Positions 19,348-29,179 of a DNA stretch of 62,825 bases are shown piece after piece. The stretch lies in NCBI GenBank assembly GCA_903884815.1, contig CAISGE010000071.1, positions 1 through 62,825 on the forward strand, in the 5' to 3' direction. A program made the position numbers and the translations under genes. Position 1 is the stretch's first letter, and each line of letters begins with the position of its first letter. The notes below the pieces were generated by a model that was not told where the DNA came from, did no database searches, and was given only the letters and a program-made list of their open reading frames with translations. The stretch comes from Candidatus Omnitrophota bacterium (GTDB lineage: Bacteria; Omnitrophota; Omnitrophia; Omnitrophales; Aquincolibacteriaceae).

Positions 19348-20367
19348 TCAACAGGAGTAAAACTTTTTAAGCCGTTCCGCGGCATCATTCAAAACATCTT
19401 CCGGGAACAACCTGTATTTGATAATATTGCAGCCAGCACAGATCGTCCCCATATTCCGAGTCCCCTCCAACATCGAACGCCGAAATTCCTGGAACTTCTT
19501 CCCTTTCCAGATCTCAGAAACCGATTGATCATGACAGTCTCCCATGATCCCCGGATATTCGAAAGAATAACAAGGGACGACCTTTCCGTCGGGATTGATC
19601 TGGAGTGTAAAAAAAGGCTGGGGGCAGATCTTCACATCGGTGACCGGAAGTCCAAACTGGGTCACGGGCTCCTCCTTACTCTTGAGAACCTTTTCATAGT
19701 CCACGCCCGAATGGATCGGCACGGCATGTTCCACGGCCAAAGTATCGCAAACGTCCCCAAAAAGCTCCCTGAACCGCTGTTCATCTTCTTTTCCTTCGAG
19801 GGCACAGTCGATGATCTTGATGTAGACCTGGGTGTTGCCTTTCTTGTGGAAAAAATACCGAAGGTTTCCGAGAAGGCCTTCAAAGTCGACGCTTGTTCCG
19901 CAGACACTCCGGTATTTTTCCGCAGAGGTCCCCTGCAGGGATACAACCAATCTTGAAAGCCCCGCCCCGATAAGGGCATCGGATATGGCCGGCGTCAGTA
20001 AGGAAGCGTTCGTCAGAAGCTCGATCGTTCGGGCAACATTTCTAGAATTCGCGTAGGCGACCATCTCCGCGATTCTTTTGTGCAGGAGCGGTTCTCCGAT
20101 CCCGACAAACCGAAGCACTTTGACCTGCTCCGGAAACCGCGCGATATCGTCAATGCACTTTTTATAAAGTTCGAAATCCATGATCACTTCATCAGAAATA
20201 AAGCCGTGCCTGGCTTTATCCGAGGAAAAAATACAGTAACCACACTTGAAGTTGCAGGCATAAATAGGGAATATCTGGATGACATAGGGAGTGTCCAGAG
20301 GAAGCACGTCGGCAAGCTTCGTCCGTTTTCCTCCGGGGGCTTGGCCGCTAATGTCTTTTGCTTTCAA
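19348..20367 (-). CDS. Radical SAM/SPASM protein
   Basis: CNFKCGYC, GEPLLH, CPQPF...PC...CAGC. Confidence 0.88.
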   Translation of the reverse strand: MKAKDISGQAPGGKRTKLADVLPLDTPYVIQIFPIYACNFKCGYCIFSSDKARHGFISDEVIMDFELYKKCIDDIARFPEQVKVLRFVGIGEPLLHKRIAEMVAYANSRNVARTIELLTNASLLTPAISDALIGAGLSRLVVSLQGTSAEKYRSVCGTSVDFEGLLGNLRYFFHKKGNTQVYIKIIDCALEGKEDEQRFRELFGDVCDTLAVEHAVPIHSGVDYEKVLKSKEEPVTQFGLPVTDVKICPQPFFTLQINPDGKVVPCYSFEYPGIMGDCHDQSVSEIWKGKKFQEFRRSMLEGTRNMGTICAGCNIIKYRLFPEDVLNDAAERLKKFYSC

Positions 20368-20388
20368 GGCATACTCTCTCGGTTGAAT

Positions 20389-20889
20389 CTACAAATAGCG
20401 AATGTACATCGATTGGCACTTCAAAAGATCAGCAGGACACGAGTCATGCCACTCCAAATAGCCGGCATCCCTCCGTGAGAGACCCGAATTCTTCGGGACA
20501 AAGGAACCCGGAAGAGAACAGCGGTACAAGATCGAAATAAAATGACTCCGGATCTCTCGCTCGCTGTGAATGCATTGATTGACCGCAAGCGGAACCCTCT
20601 CAAACGAAACGAAAGCCCCGATCTCCGTTTCGGAGACCTTTCTTACACGTTCCTCCAACGACTCCTTGAAGCGGACGATACCGCCCGGCACATGCCAGCC
20701 CACCCCGGAATGCTCGTCATCTCTCCAGGACAAAAGGGTGCGTCCCCCTTCATCTTTGATCAAGAGATCCACATTCACGAGCGGTGTCGTTTTGCTGATG
20801 TAATGAAACACCTCTTCGGGCAATCCCTTAGAAGGATCCGGAACCTGTTTTTCAAGAACGGCCAAAGCTTCCGCGAGATCCATAGGCAT
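20389..20889 (-). CDS. NUDIX hydrolase, GDP-mannose mannosyl hydrolase-like
   Basis: TPLVNVDLLI, WHVPGGIV.FKESLEE...ETEIG (Gmm/WcaH-type modified Nudix box). Confidence 0.75.
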   Translation of the reverse strand: MPMDLAEALAVLEKQVPDPSKGLPEEVFHYISKTTPLVNVDLLIKDEGGRTLLSWRDDEHSGVGWHVPGGIVRFKESLEERVRKVSETEIGAFVSFERVPLAVNQCIHSEREIRSHFISILYRCSLPGSFVPKNSGLSRRDAGYLEWHDSCPADLLKCQSMYIRYL

Positions 20890-20895
20890 CCTGAG

Positions 20896-22545
20896 TTAGA
20901 CGGATGGCTCCAAGCCATACCGCTTCACACATTCACTCCAAAAAGGAATCGTCTCAACGATCTCCCGGTAGCGCGCCTTGTAGGCCCGGCATTTCTCTTC
21001 CGATCCCAAAGCATTGCAACACTGCGCACCGTAATAAAAAGCGAAAGCATGATCGCTTTTCACCTTGATGACATTCTCAAACCCCTTGAGAGCGGTCTCG
21101 TAATGGCCCAAGCGGAGATCGCTATTCCCGACAAAGTTAAGCTCCAGGTTGAGCGCGTAAGCCTCGGACTGCAAATACTCCGCCGTAAAATCCTCGGTTT
21201 CAATGATCGCATTTTTAAAATCGCCATCGATATAGCTTCCCTTGAGATAATTTTTTTTGATGCAGATGTCGAGCATTTCGCTGCCCACCAAGGGTGTCGC
21301 CATACTGATCCGGAACCAGGTGGCATCCAGGGTTTTTAAAAAAGCCCGGGCATCCTCGATGTCCTGTTTGGTCTCTCCGGGAAGTCCGATAAGGATTGAA
21401 ACGTCCGAAGCGATACCTAACTCCCGGCAATCGTCGATCACTCTTTTGACAATTGAGAGATTAAGGGGTTTATGCATGATCTCTCTCAGGACCCGGTCAC
21501 TTCCCGATTCGACGGATAAGATCAAGTGATTAACGCCAATACTCTTCAGGGCTTCCAGCATTTTCCGGTCCAGCGCGTAAAGCGCTAGCGACGACGGGAA
21601 AAAAGCCGTCAATTGCAATTCCTTCATGATATCGATGATCGCATAAACCCTGTTCTTATCGGACATCAAATGGTCGTCTTGAAAAACAAGGGTCTGGACG
21701 CCGTAGGTCTCCTTAAGCCGCGTAAAATCTTCCCGGATCCGCTGAAGGCTGTGATACCGCATGATCCGTCCATGAACAGTATGCGACGCGCAAAAACAGC
21801 AATGGTGGGGACAACCCCTGGAGGTCAGGACGGGCATGCTTTTCCGGGGCTCCCCCGCAAGGGGAAATAAGGACTGGATCGGATTTAAACTATAGGCCCC
21901 AAGATCGAGCAAGCCATAATCCAGAAAAGGAATCTCATCGAGATCCTCGATAAAATCATGCCGGAAGGATCGCTTCCTTTCAGCTTTCTCACGAGTGATC
22001 CAGGAAAGGTGCGTCTCTAAAAATCTCTTCCGATCTTCAGCCTCGATCAGTCCCCGCAAGGGCTTTTCCCCTTCGCCATAACACAATGCGTCAAAAGAGT
22101 CGCTGCTCTTAAAAATCTCTTTATACATGTTGGTCGGGATACCGCCCCCGGCCAGGATAAGGGCTCCGGGGAACGTCTCGCGCGCGACACGCGCCACATC
22201 CAACATGTTGTAGTAGGAAGGCGTAAACAAGGTGGATATCCCGATGATATTCGGGGAATAGTCGGCCCATTCCTTGGAGAGAAGTATGGCTCGGAATAAT
22301 TCCGGAAAAGAACGATAGTCGAAACTTTCGAGCTTGTTGAGAACGATATTAAAATCCAGCAACCGGATCTCCACAGAGGTGTGTTTTTTTATATAGGCGC
22401 TCAGCGAGAGCACGCCGAGCGGCATATCCGTCATCACACTTCCGTATTGACCGGACTTCTTCTTATTCGTCCGTTCGTTGAAGGAGGGACTGACGAATCG
22501 ATCGAAGGTCACATAGGGAGGAACAATAAAAAGGACTTTATCCAT
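20896..22545 (-). CDS. Cobalamin-binding radical SAM protein with C-terminal TPR-like tail
   Basis: PLGVLSLSAY B12-binding domain, GEGE, TSRGCPHHCCFC, VESGS, GLPGET. Confidence 0.88.
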   Translation of the reverse strand: MDKVLFIVPPYVTFDRFVSPSFNERTNKKKSGQYGSVMTDMPLGVLSLSAYIKKHTSVEIRLLDFNIVLNKLESFDYRSFPELFRAILLSKEWADYSPNIIGISTLFTPSYYNMLDVARVARETFPGALILAGGGIPTNMYKEIFKSSDSFDALCYGEGEKPLRGLIEAEDRKRFLETHLSWITREKAERKRSFRHDFIEDLDEIPFLDYGLLDLGAYSLNPIQSLFPLAGEPRKSMPVLTSRGCPHHCCFCASHTVHGRIMRYHSLQRIREDFTRLKETYGVQTLVFQDDHLMSDKNRVYAIIDIMKELQLTAFFPSSLALYALDRKMLEALKSIGVNHLILSVESGSDRVLREIMHKPLNLSIVKRVIDDCRELGIASDVSILIGLPGETKQDIEDARAFLKTLDATWFRISMATPLVGSEMLDICIKKNYLKGSYIDGDFKNAIIETEDFTAEYLQSEAYALNLELNFVGNSDLRLGHYETALKGFENVIKVKSDHAFAFYYGAQCCNALGSEEKCRAYKARYREIVETIPFWSECVKRYGLEPSV

Positions 22546-23632
22546 GGAGCGGGTGTTCATTAAACGGCTTCCGGGTCTTATCTTCTTCCGTAAATACTTC
22601 CGCGCACGATACCGGCAGAGATTTTCCGTAGATCCGCTTCGCCACATATTTGTCGATGAAGGCCCTGTCTTCCGCGATCAAACAAGTTTCTACATGCTCG
22701 CCGAAATACTTGATGTCCAGGCCTCTCTGGAGGACATCTTTGAGCGGTTCCCTAAAGACATTGCCGATCGATGTGTGGATGTACGGACAAGGCAACACAT
22801 CGCCGTACTGCGTGACTGAGAACATCCCTTTCACCGCAATGCAACCCAGATCCATTCCGTAAGCCGGGGTCAGGTGCGTGAAGACTTTGTGTTTTTTTTC
22901 TAATTCTTTCATGAAGGCCATATCGTTCTTGTCCACCAGGACATCATAATTCCCTTCCCAAGAACCGACAGGCTTGGCGTAAGTCACGAACACCCCGATG
23001 CCTTTTTTATTAAAAAACTCGAGAAATTCGATAAACTCGCGCGACCGAAGCCTTTGCTTGGTCACCACGGTCTGGATAAAAATGGCAAGGCCCGCACCGA
23101 CCGCCGCATCCACAGCTTTCAAGGCCCTCTCATGAGAACCCGGGGCTTTCCTGAAATCGTCATGCTCCGCGGCATTCAGACTGTCGAGACTGAGTTGGAT
23201 CCTATCCACCCCGATGCTCTTCAAATGCAGCGCCTTTTTTTCGTCCAGAAACCAGCCGTTGGTGTCGCAATTGATATAGAACTTCTGCGGGTCAATGGCC
23301 GCTACGAGTCCATCAAAATCCTTGAAAACCAGGGGTTCCCCGCCGGTGATGGTGACGCGGGCGAGGCCCAACTCATCGGCTTGACGAAAAAGCTCTTTAA
23401 CATCCGCCAGCGTAAAGGACTTGGCATCTTTCCGTCCTTGGAATCCTTTGATCGAGCAGTGCTGGCAGGCGAAATTACAGACGTAATTATACTGAAACTG
23501 AATGATCGCGATACTTTCGCCGCGTTTGATCTTTTCGTCAAACTTCGCGACCTTTGCATAGACCAGAGGCTTCTCTTCCTTAAGCTTGTTCCTGTTATTA
23601 TTTTCCTCGGCTTTTAATTTTTCGGCTGTCAT
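22538..23632 (-). CDS. Radical SAM/SPASM protein
   Basis: CNFACQHC, TGGEP, GCIA...GDVLPCP...GNV...C. Confidence 0.88.
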   Translation of the reverse strand: MTAEKLKAEENNNRNKLKEEKPLVYAKVAKFDEKIKRGESIAIIQFQYNYVCNFACQHCSIKGFQGRKDAKSFTLADVKELFRQADELGLARVTITGGEPLVFKDFDGLVAAIDPQKFYINCDTNGWFLDEKKALHLKSIGVDRIQLSLDSLNAAEHDDFRKAPGSHERALKAVDAAVGAGLAIFIQTVVTKQRLRSREFIEFLEFFNKKGIGVFVTYAKPVGSWEGNYDVLVDKNDMAFMKELEKKHKVFTHLTPAYGMDLGCIAVKGMFSVTQYGDVLPCPYIHTSIGNVFREPLKDVLQRGLDIKYFGEHVETCLIAEDRAFIDKYVAKRIYGKSLPVSCAEVFTEEDKTRKPFNEHPLHG

Positions 23633-23684
23633 CGCTAAGATATCCTCTTCAAGAAATCCTGGAACGCTTCACGAAAATCTTCCC

Positions 23685-24287
23685 TCAAGAGGAAAGGTCG
23701 GTAAGCGAGTCAAGTGTTTGAGTGATGGTCGTAACATTCCGGTTCCAAGGTCTCGGAAATGCGAGCCCCCTAATACCTGCCTGCTGACATTGCGACAAGT
23801 TGGCCTCTGCATCATCGATCGAAAGATCGATCTTGCCGATCCATTTCAGAAATGCGGCCTTGTCCTGATCGTATTGAAAAACCTGCTCTCCCTCCCGAGG
23901 CGAGGGGACCACATGAAAGGTCCTGATCCACGGGCCGAAATGGCGCATCACCCAGGCTGCGCTCACATGGGCCGCTTTCATCGGCACCGCAGTGACCGCG
24001 ACATGCCGGAACAAATGACCGGAGGCAGAAAACCAGTCCCGGACTTCCTTCACGGGAGGCATTTGCATAAAATCGATAGACAACCGAAACGCGTCGAGTG
24101 ATGCCAGGTACGACTCAAGCGAGATGCCTAAAATTTCATGCGGAGGATTTTTGACGATATCTCCATACCGCAACGCGCATCCCGGGTGTTCCGGAAGCCA
24201 TTTTTCCTCGAGCCAAACACGCATCAAATCATTCAAGACATCATCCACATCCCAGGCGATCGTGAGCATGGAATCCGGCGTCATCAA
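23685..24287 (-). CDS. HAD-superfamily phosphatase (5'(3')-nucleotidase-like)
   Basis: WDVDDVLND motif I, VTA motif II, K...IDD motifs III/IV, RPWNR. Confidence 0.8.
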   Translation of the reverse strand: MMTPDSMLTIAWDVDDVLNDLMRVWLEEKWLPEHPGCALRYGDIVKNPPHEILGISLESYLASLDAFRLSIDFMQMPPVKEVRDWFSASGHLFRHVAVTAVPMKAAHVSAAWVMRHFGPWIRTFHVVPSPREGEQVFQYDQDKAAFLKWIGKIDLSIDDAEANLSQCQQAGIRGLAFPRPWNRNVTTITQTLDSLTDLSS

Positions 24288-25813
24288 TACATCGGCTTTT
24301 TAAGCCAGTCCTGCCAGAACGTGATGGGTGTTTTTCTTTCCTCGATCTTTTTGACCTTCGGATCGTCATAAAATGAATCCTGCAGCACGTGAGTCGTCGA
24401 AATCTCTTCGAAGATAGCCCCCGACTGGGAGCTGAAGCTATGCCTGCATCCCCGCTCCACCACCACCATATCTCCCGGACGATACTCCTTCTCCTCCCCA
24501 TTCAGAGTGATCGTCACATCCCCATACAGGACATTGAACGTCTCCTCTTTTTTGACGTGATAATGCAAGGGGTGTTTTTGCCCGGGCAAAAGGATGATCA
24601 TTTTTTTACAATATTCCCGGTTGATGCAATTAATGATCGTGGCGCCCCACTCCTCGAACTGGTCGATGCCATAGTGATGCGAAAATTCGAAATCCATACG
24701 GTTGGGCAGAGTCACTTTGGACACAAGAAGCACATCCCTGACTTTTCGCATGATCTCAAGGATGCGCTGCCTCAGATTATTCGCGCTTAGATTTGCGAAC
24801 AACACCGGCTGGTCTTGGGCGACATCGGCCTGAGAGGTGAATTCCGTATATTTGGAAAGATCGTTCGCGAGCAGCTGCCCGGGCTGGTTGGGAATGGCAC
24901 AGAAAACATTCGCTGCACTGATCTTTTCCCCCTTCAAAATGGCCCTCCGCGCAAAAACACCTCGCTGCAGCCCCTTGAGATCTGATCGCTCTTTCTCGGT
25001 GGGTTCACTGCTAACACCCGGTTCCCCGCACATTTGGAAGGCTTCTTCAGCAGACTCCAGCCAGCGCTGAAGCTGCTCCGGTGTCGCGGAATAGGCATTG
25101 AGTTCGTGGCGCCCCTCTTTGAGCCCCACGTGCTTCTCGAAAAGGCGCGCCCCTTTGCCGATGGCGACCCGAACCGGCATATAATGCTCCGGGGCTTCAT
25201 GCGTCGAATAGCCTATTTCCACCCCGGGGTACCTTTTCTGAAGAACGTTGATGCGATCCAATTTCAGATGATCGTCCGGTGTCGGGTATTCGCCTACGCA
25301 ATGCATCAAAGCGAATTTTTTTTCTCGATGCTCCAGGAACAGAACGACCTTATCAATGTCATCAAAGGAGACGCCTGCAGTGGAAGCAATGATCGGGTGA
25401 GAAGTCTTGACGATCCTTTCCAGAAGGGGCCAATCCGTCAAAGAACAGCTGCCGATCTTGATCATATCGAAACCGTGTTCCTCGATGAGATCGACCGACG
25501 GCTCATCGAAAGGCGTGCAGATCGCCAAAAATCCGCACCTCTTGATCTCGTCCCGAAGAGCCTTGAGCTCCTCGGGCTTTAGACGCGTTTCCGTGAAACG
25601 CTTGATATATTTAATGTCCTGCCGCCCCTTATACGCGGGGTGAACAAAGGTGTCGAGTTCCCGGTATTGGAGTTTGACGGCGAAAGTGAAAGGAAACGAC
25701 GCGCTAACCTCCTTCAGCTTTCGGATCATGTTCAAGCCATGCCCGAGATCTCCACCATGGTTATTGGCAAGCTCGAAGATAAATAACTTATTAAAATCTG
25801 TGTTTTTTTCCAT
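24284..25813 (-). CDS. NeuB-family PEP-dependent nonulosonate synthase + SAF domain + C-terminal cupin
   Basis: ELANNHGG, VKLQ, TPFDE, KIGS, MHCVGEYPT, STHE, EKHV; SAF domain; cupin HPLHYHVKKEETF...HSF...EEIST. Confidence 0.88.
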   Translation of the reverse strand: MEKNTDFNKLFIFELANNHGGDLGHGLNMIRKLKEVSASFPFTFAVKLQYRELDTFVHPAYKGRQDIKYIKRFTETRLKPEELKALRDEIKRCGFLAICTPFDEPSVDLIEEHGFDMIKIGSCSLTDWPLLERIVKTSHPIIASTAGVSFDDIDKVVLFLEHREKKFALMHCVGEYPTPDDHLKLDRINVLQKRYPGVEIGYSTHEAPEHYMPVRVAIGKGARLFEKHVGLKEGRHELNAYSATPEQLQRWLESAEEAFQMCGEPGVSSEPTEKERSDLKGLQRGVFARRAILKGEKISAANVFCAIPNQPGQLLANDLSKYTEFTSQADVAQDQPVLFANLSANNLRQRILEIMRKVRDVLLVSKVTLPNRMDFEFSHHYGIDQFEEWGATIINCINREYCKKMIILLPGQKHPLHYHVKKEETFNVLYGDVTITLNGEEKEYRPGDMVVVERGCRHSFSSQSGAIFEEISTTHVLQDSFYDDPKVKKIEERKTPITFWQDWLKKPMY

Positions 25814-25874
25814 CCAGAAGCCCCCTTATGGGATTCCCCGCAACCCCGCCAAAACCAGAGATCCACAATTAAGA

Positions 25875-25904
25875 ACTATAACGCAAATTTCCGAAAACTA
25901 TCAA
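25875..25904 (-). promoter_or_regulatory. Putative sigma70 promoter of the glycan operon
   Basis: Minus strand TTGATA-18-TATAGT in an AT-rich gap about 60 nt upstream of the neuB-like gene. Confidence 0.45.
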
Positions 25905-25957
25905 TGAAAAAATCGACTTCCCCGGAATATTCTTCTTATTCCATAATGAAGAAATAG

Positions 25958-26824
25958 CTATAAAAGCACGTCCAAAACCGCTGCCGCAAACAACGTAAAA
26001 CTAACCACGGCATTCATGAGAAAAAAGGCTTCGTTGATCTTCGCGACGCCAAAGGAGCGGACAAGCCGATGCTCGCGGACCAGACAATAGGCCACCACGA
26101 TCAACCCGAGCGCATAGATCCACCCTGCGCCATTCAGAAACCCCGCCACCCCCCAGCACAGCAAGGCAACCCCATGGAGCAATCGGGTGATCTGAATCGT
26201 CCGTGCCTCTCCAAATAGGGCGGGCACGGAATAAAGGCCCCTCTTCTGATCAAAATCTTTGTCTTGAAGGGCATAGATCATATCGAATCCCGCGACCCAG
26301 AGCATCACACCGGCGGTCAGGAAGGCCGGCGTCCATCCGAAAGATCCCCGACTTGCGATCCATGCGCCGTAAGGTGCGATCCCGAGCACAAGCCCTAGCA
26401 CGAAATGAGACAGCCAGGTAAAACGCTTGGTGAGAGGATAGATCCCGGCCAGTGCTACCGGGATCGACGAAAGCCAGAAACAAAGAGGACCGAGTTTGTA
26501 AGCACTCCATTCAAAGACAAGGAGTGAAACAGCCACGGCGAGCCAGACAAAGCCGGGGCGGATCTTTTTCAGCGGCAAAGCCCGCCCTTGTGTCCTCGGA
26601 TTCTCACCGTCAATCGTCCGGTCCAGAAGACGGTTGAGCCCCATGGCCATGGTCCGGAAGCTCACCATCGCGATCGTGATCCAGAAGAAGAGGAAAAAGC
26701 CCGGCATCTTCTTTTCCGCGAAGAAAAGACCGAGGTAGGCGAAAGGAAGCGCGAACAAGGAATGCTCGAGTTTGATATCAGACAGGAAAATCCTGATCTT
26801 GCCGAACAATGTTTTGAGCTCCAA
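25958..26824 (-). CDS. UbiA-family prenyltransferase (MqnP-like)
   Basis: IKLEHSLFALPFAY, NRLLDRTID.ENPRT..R, YPLTKRFT, GFDMIYALQD. Confidence 0.9.
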   Translation of the reverse strand: MELKTLFGKIRIFLSDIKLEHSLFALPFAYLGLFFAEKKMPGFFLFFWITIAMVSFRTMAMGLNRLLDRTIDGENPRTQGRALPLKKIRPGFVWLAVAVSLLVFEWSAYKLGPLCFWLSSIPVALAGIYPLTKRFTWLSHFVLGLVLGIAPYGAWIASRGSFGWTPAFLTAGVMLWVAGFDMIYALQDKDFDQKRGLYSVPALFGEARTIQITRLLHGVALLCWGVAGFLNGAGWIYALGLIVVAYCLVREHRLVRSFGVAKINEAFFLMNAVVSFTLFAAAVLDVLL

Positions 26825-26863
26825 AAGTTATTCCTCGCTTACCCGCCTGGGATCGTAGATTTT

Positions 26864-28417
26864 CTATTGAAGGTATTTCGGATCGAGTCCGTATTCTTTC
26901 CACCGGGATCCCACAAGACGCTTGATCGCCTCAGGCATCACAATATCCTCCGGCCAGGGTCGTTCCATCCCCTCCTCTGAGGTCTTGCGTGTCGCGTCAA
27001 TGCCGATCTTGGAACCACTAAAATCCCTCGCGGCGGCATGATCGAGCTCATCCAAAGGCCCCTCGCCAAACACAATATCGCGTTTGGGATCCAGGTTATT
27101 TAAAACGCGCCATGACACTTCTTGGAGGTCCTGGATGTTCGTGTCATGGTCGAGCACGACGATCATCTTGGAGAACATCATCTGCCCCAGGCCCCAGATG
27201 GCGTGGATGATCTTCTTTCCCTGTCCCGGATATTTCTTGTGAATGGAAACGATCAGGCAATTGTGGAACGCGCCCTCCCACGGCAGGCAAATATCCGTGA
27301 TCTCGGGGAATTGCTTCTGGATCATCGGCAGGAAGATCCGTTCAATGGCCTTCCCCATATAACAATCTTCCATCGGTGCCCGGCCAACCACCGTCGTCAC
27401 ATAGACCGGGTTCTTGCGGTGGGTCATGCAGGTGATATGGAATACCGGAAAATCCTTGGCCCGTGAATAAAACCCGGTGTGATCACCGAAGGGCCCCTCA
27501 AGTCGCATCTCCCCTTCTTCCACATACCCTTCGAGGACGATCTCAGCCTCGGCCGGCACTTCGAGATCGATTGTCTTACACTTCACGAGTTCCACCGGGT
27601 GCTTCCGCAAAAAACCCGCCAACATCAACTCGTCCATGTCTTTGGGAAGCGGGCATGCGGCCGCGAACATGGTGGCTGGGTCCGCGCCGATTACGCAGGC
27701 CACAGGCAGACGGCCCTTGCTGCCCTTGGGAAGATTGCGGAAATGCTCCGCGCCGTCCTTGTGGATCTGCCAATGCATACCGGTCGTCCGGTCATCATAA
27801 ACATGCATGCGGTAAAGCCCGAGATTACGCTGATGCGTCTGGGGATCCTTGGTAATCACTAGCGGGAACGTGATGAACTTCCCCCCGTCCTTGGGCCAGC
27901 ACTGGATGAGCGGAAGCTGATCCAGCATCTTGCCCTGGCCTCTATTTTCTTCTAAAAGAGGGTTGCCAGGACTAGCCCCATTAACCTTTGAATTTTTTGA
28001 TGGAGAATTGGGCTTGCCTTCCCCCGCGAGGATCACCACTTCCTGACACGGGGCATGCTTGACGAATTTTGGGATCACAGCGTTCAGTTCCGAAATTTTC
28101 GGAATCATCGCAAGCTTCTCCAAAAGATTCTTGGGCGGCTTGAGATCCATAAACGAATGAATACGATCGGCAACCTCGGAAAGATCCTTCACACCGAGCG
28201 CCATACACATGCGCTTCCGGGATCCAAAAAGGTTGATGACAAGCGGCATGGAAGCACCTTGGACGTTTCTAAAGAGAAGCGCCGGGCCTTCCTTTTTGAC
28301 GACCCGGTCATAGATCTCTGTGACTTCCAACACCGGATTCACCGGCGCCGCGACCTCCACCAACTCCCCGGCTTCACGAAGATCTTTCAGGAATTCGCCA
28401 AGATTTTTATAGCTCAT
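26864..28417 (-). CDS. UbiD-family prFMN decarboxylase (menaquinone MqnL-like), with an in-frame palindromic insertion
   Basis: NLGLYR, MHWQIHKDG, EGPFGDHTGFY, LDH, KIGIDATRK; a ~29-aa low-complexity insert before LDQLP. Confidence 0.92.
   Translation of the reverse strand: MSYKNLGEFLKDLREAGELVEVAAPVNPVLEVTEIYDRVVKKEGPALLFRNVQGASMPLVINLFGSRKRMCMALGVKDLSEVADRIHSFMDLKPPKNLLEKLAMIPKISELNAVIPKFVKHAPCQEVVILAGEGKPNSPSKNSKVNGASPGNPLLEENRGQGKMLDQLPLIQCWPKDGGKFITFPLVITKDPQTHQRNLGLYRMHVYDDRTTGMHWQIHKDGAEHFRNLPKGSKGRLPVACVIGADPATMFAAACPLPKDMDELMLAGFLRKHPVELVKCKTIDLEVPAEAEIVLEGYVEEGEMRLEGPFGDHTGFYSRAKDFPVFHITCMTHRKNPVYVTTVVGRAPMEDCYMGKAIERIFLPMIQKQFPEITDICLPWEGAFHNCLIVSIHKKYPGQGKKIIHAIWGLGQMMFSKMIVVLDHDTNIQDLQEVSWRVLNNLDPKRDIVFGEGPLDELDHAAARDFSGSKIGIDATRKTSEEGMERPWPEDIVMPEAIKRLVGSRWKEYGLDPKYLQ
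27930..28020. repeat. Palindromic coding repeat element, 2 x 42-bp units, inside the UbiD-family gene
   Basis: cctggc...gccagg and gccc...gggc stems; near-identical to the outer units of the 30848..31022 copy. Confidence 0.85.
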
Positions 28418-29093
28418 AGACCGTCCCCTTTTTTCCTAAAAGCAAAAGGCATTTATTGAAAGGCGCTCGAACGATTGAGGCCACGCCCCACAGCGCGATG
28501 GCCCGGTTGAGCTTCTTCAAATGGAGCATTTCATTTATCTGAAAATGCCCGGATTGCTTGAGAAGCTTAAAGGTCTTTTCCTCGACTTCCATTTCGAAAG
28601 GAAGGTCGAAGATCACTATGCCCATGACCACGCTGAAGCAGCCGAGGCCGAGGTTGACCAGGAACCGAAGCCCCGGAACAAAGCATCCCAACGCCAAAAG
28701 GATCCACCCCGACAGCACGGTAAAGCGGATCACAAACGCCATGCGCTTCTTCAGACGTACCCAAAAGGTCATGTTGGAGAGCTGGCTTTTGAGGAAGGCC
28801 AGACGCGCGGCCCGAAGGAGTGAAAGAAAGTCCCTGCCTTCATAGACCTTGGGGTCGAGAAAGAGCCCCTCCATGGAGGAAGGTTCCTCTGAGGGTTCGA
28901 TAGGGGTCACGGCTATGTGGAGAAGTCCGGCCTGATCCAGGACAAACCGGGAGACCTCACAGCCGGTCACGGCTGTGCGGTACGTGGAGGCCTTGTATTT
29001 CAGAAGCACCCACTGCCCGTAGAGCGCAAAAACCAGAGAGACCCCGACGGTCCCGATGAAGAAAAGCCAGTGAACAGGATTCACAGCTTGCAA
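28407..29093 (-). CDS. YugP/Zn_peptidase_2-like membrane protein lacking HExxH
   Basis: TGCEVSRFVLDQAGL, PKVYEGR, LPFEME align by eye to the YugP family. The AAHExGH position reads AARLAFL. Confidence 0.6.
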   Translation of the reverse strand: MQAVNPVHWLFFIGTVGVSLVFALYGQWVLLKYKASTYRTAVTGCEVSRFVLDQAGLLHIAVTPIEPSEEPSSMEGLFLDPKVYEGRDFLSLLRAARLAFLKSQLSNMTFWVRLKKRMAFVIRFTVLSGWILLALGCFVPGLRFLVNLGLGCFSVVMGIVIFDLPFEMEVEEKTFKLLKQSGHFQINEMLHLKKLNRAIALWGVASIVRAPFNKCLLLLGKKGTVYEL

Positions 29094-29179
29094 TTATAAA
29101 CGAACTGCCTGCTCGACTCTATGATTTTTATGGCAACAGGAGGTCGGTAAGCGCCATGACGCGAAGCACTTAAGAGAGA

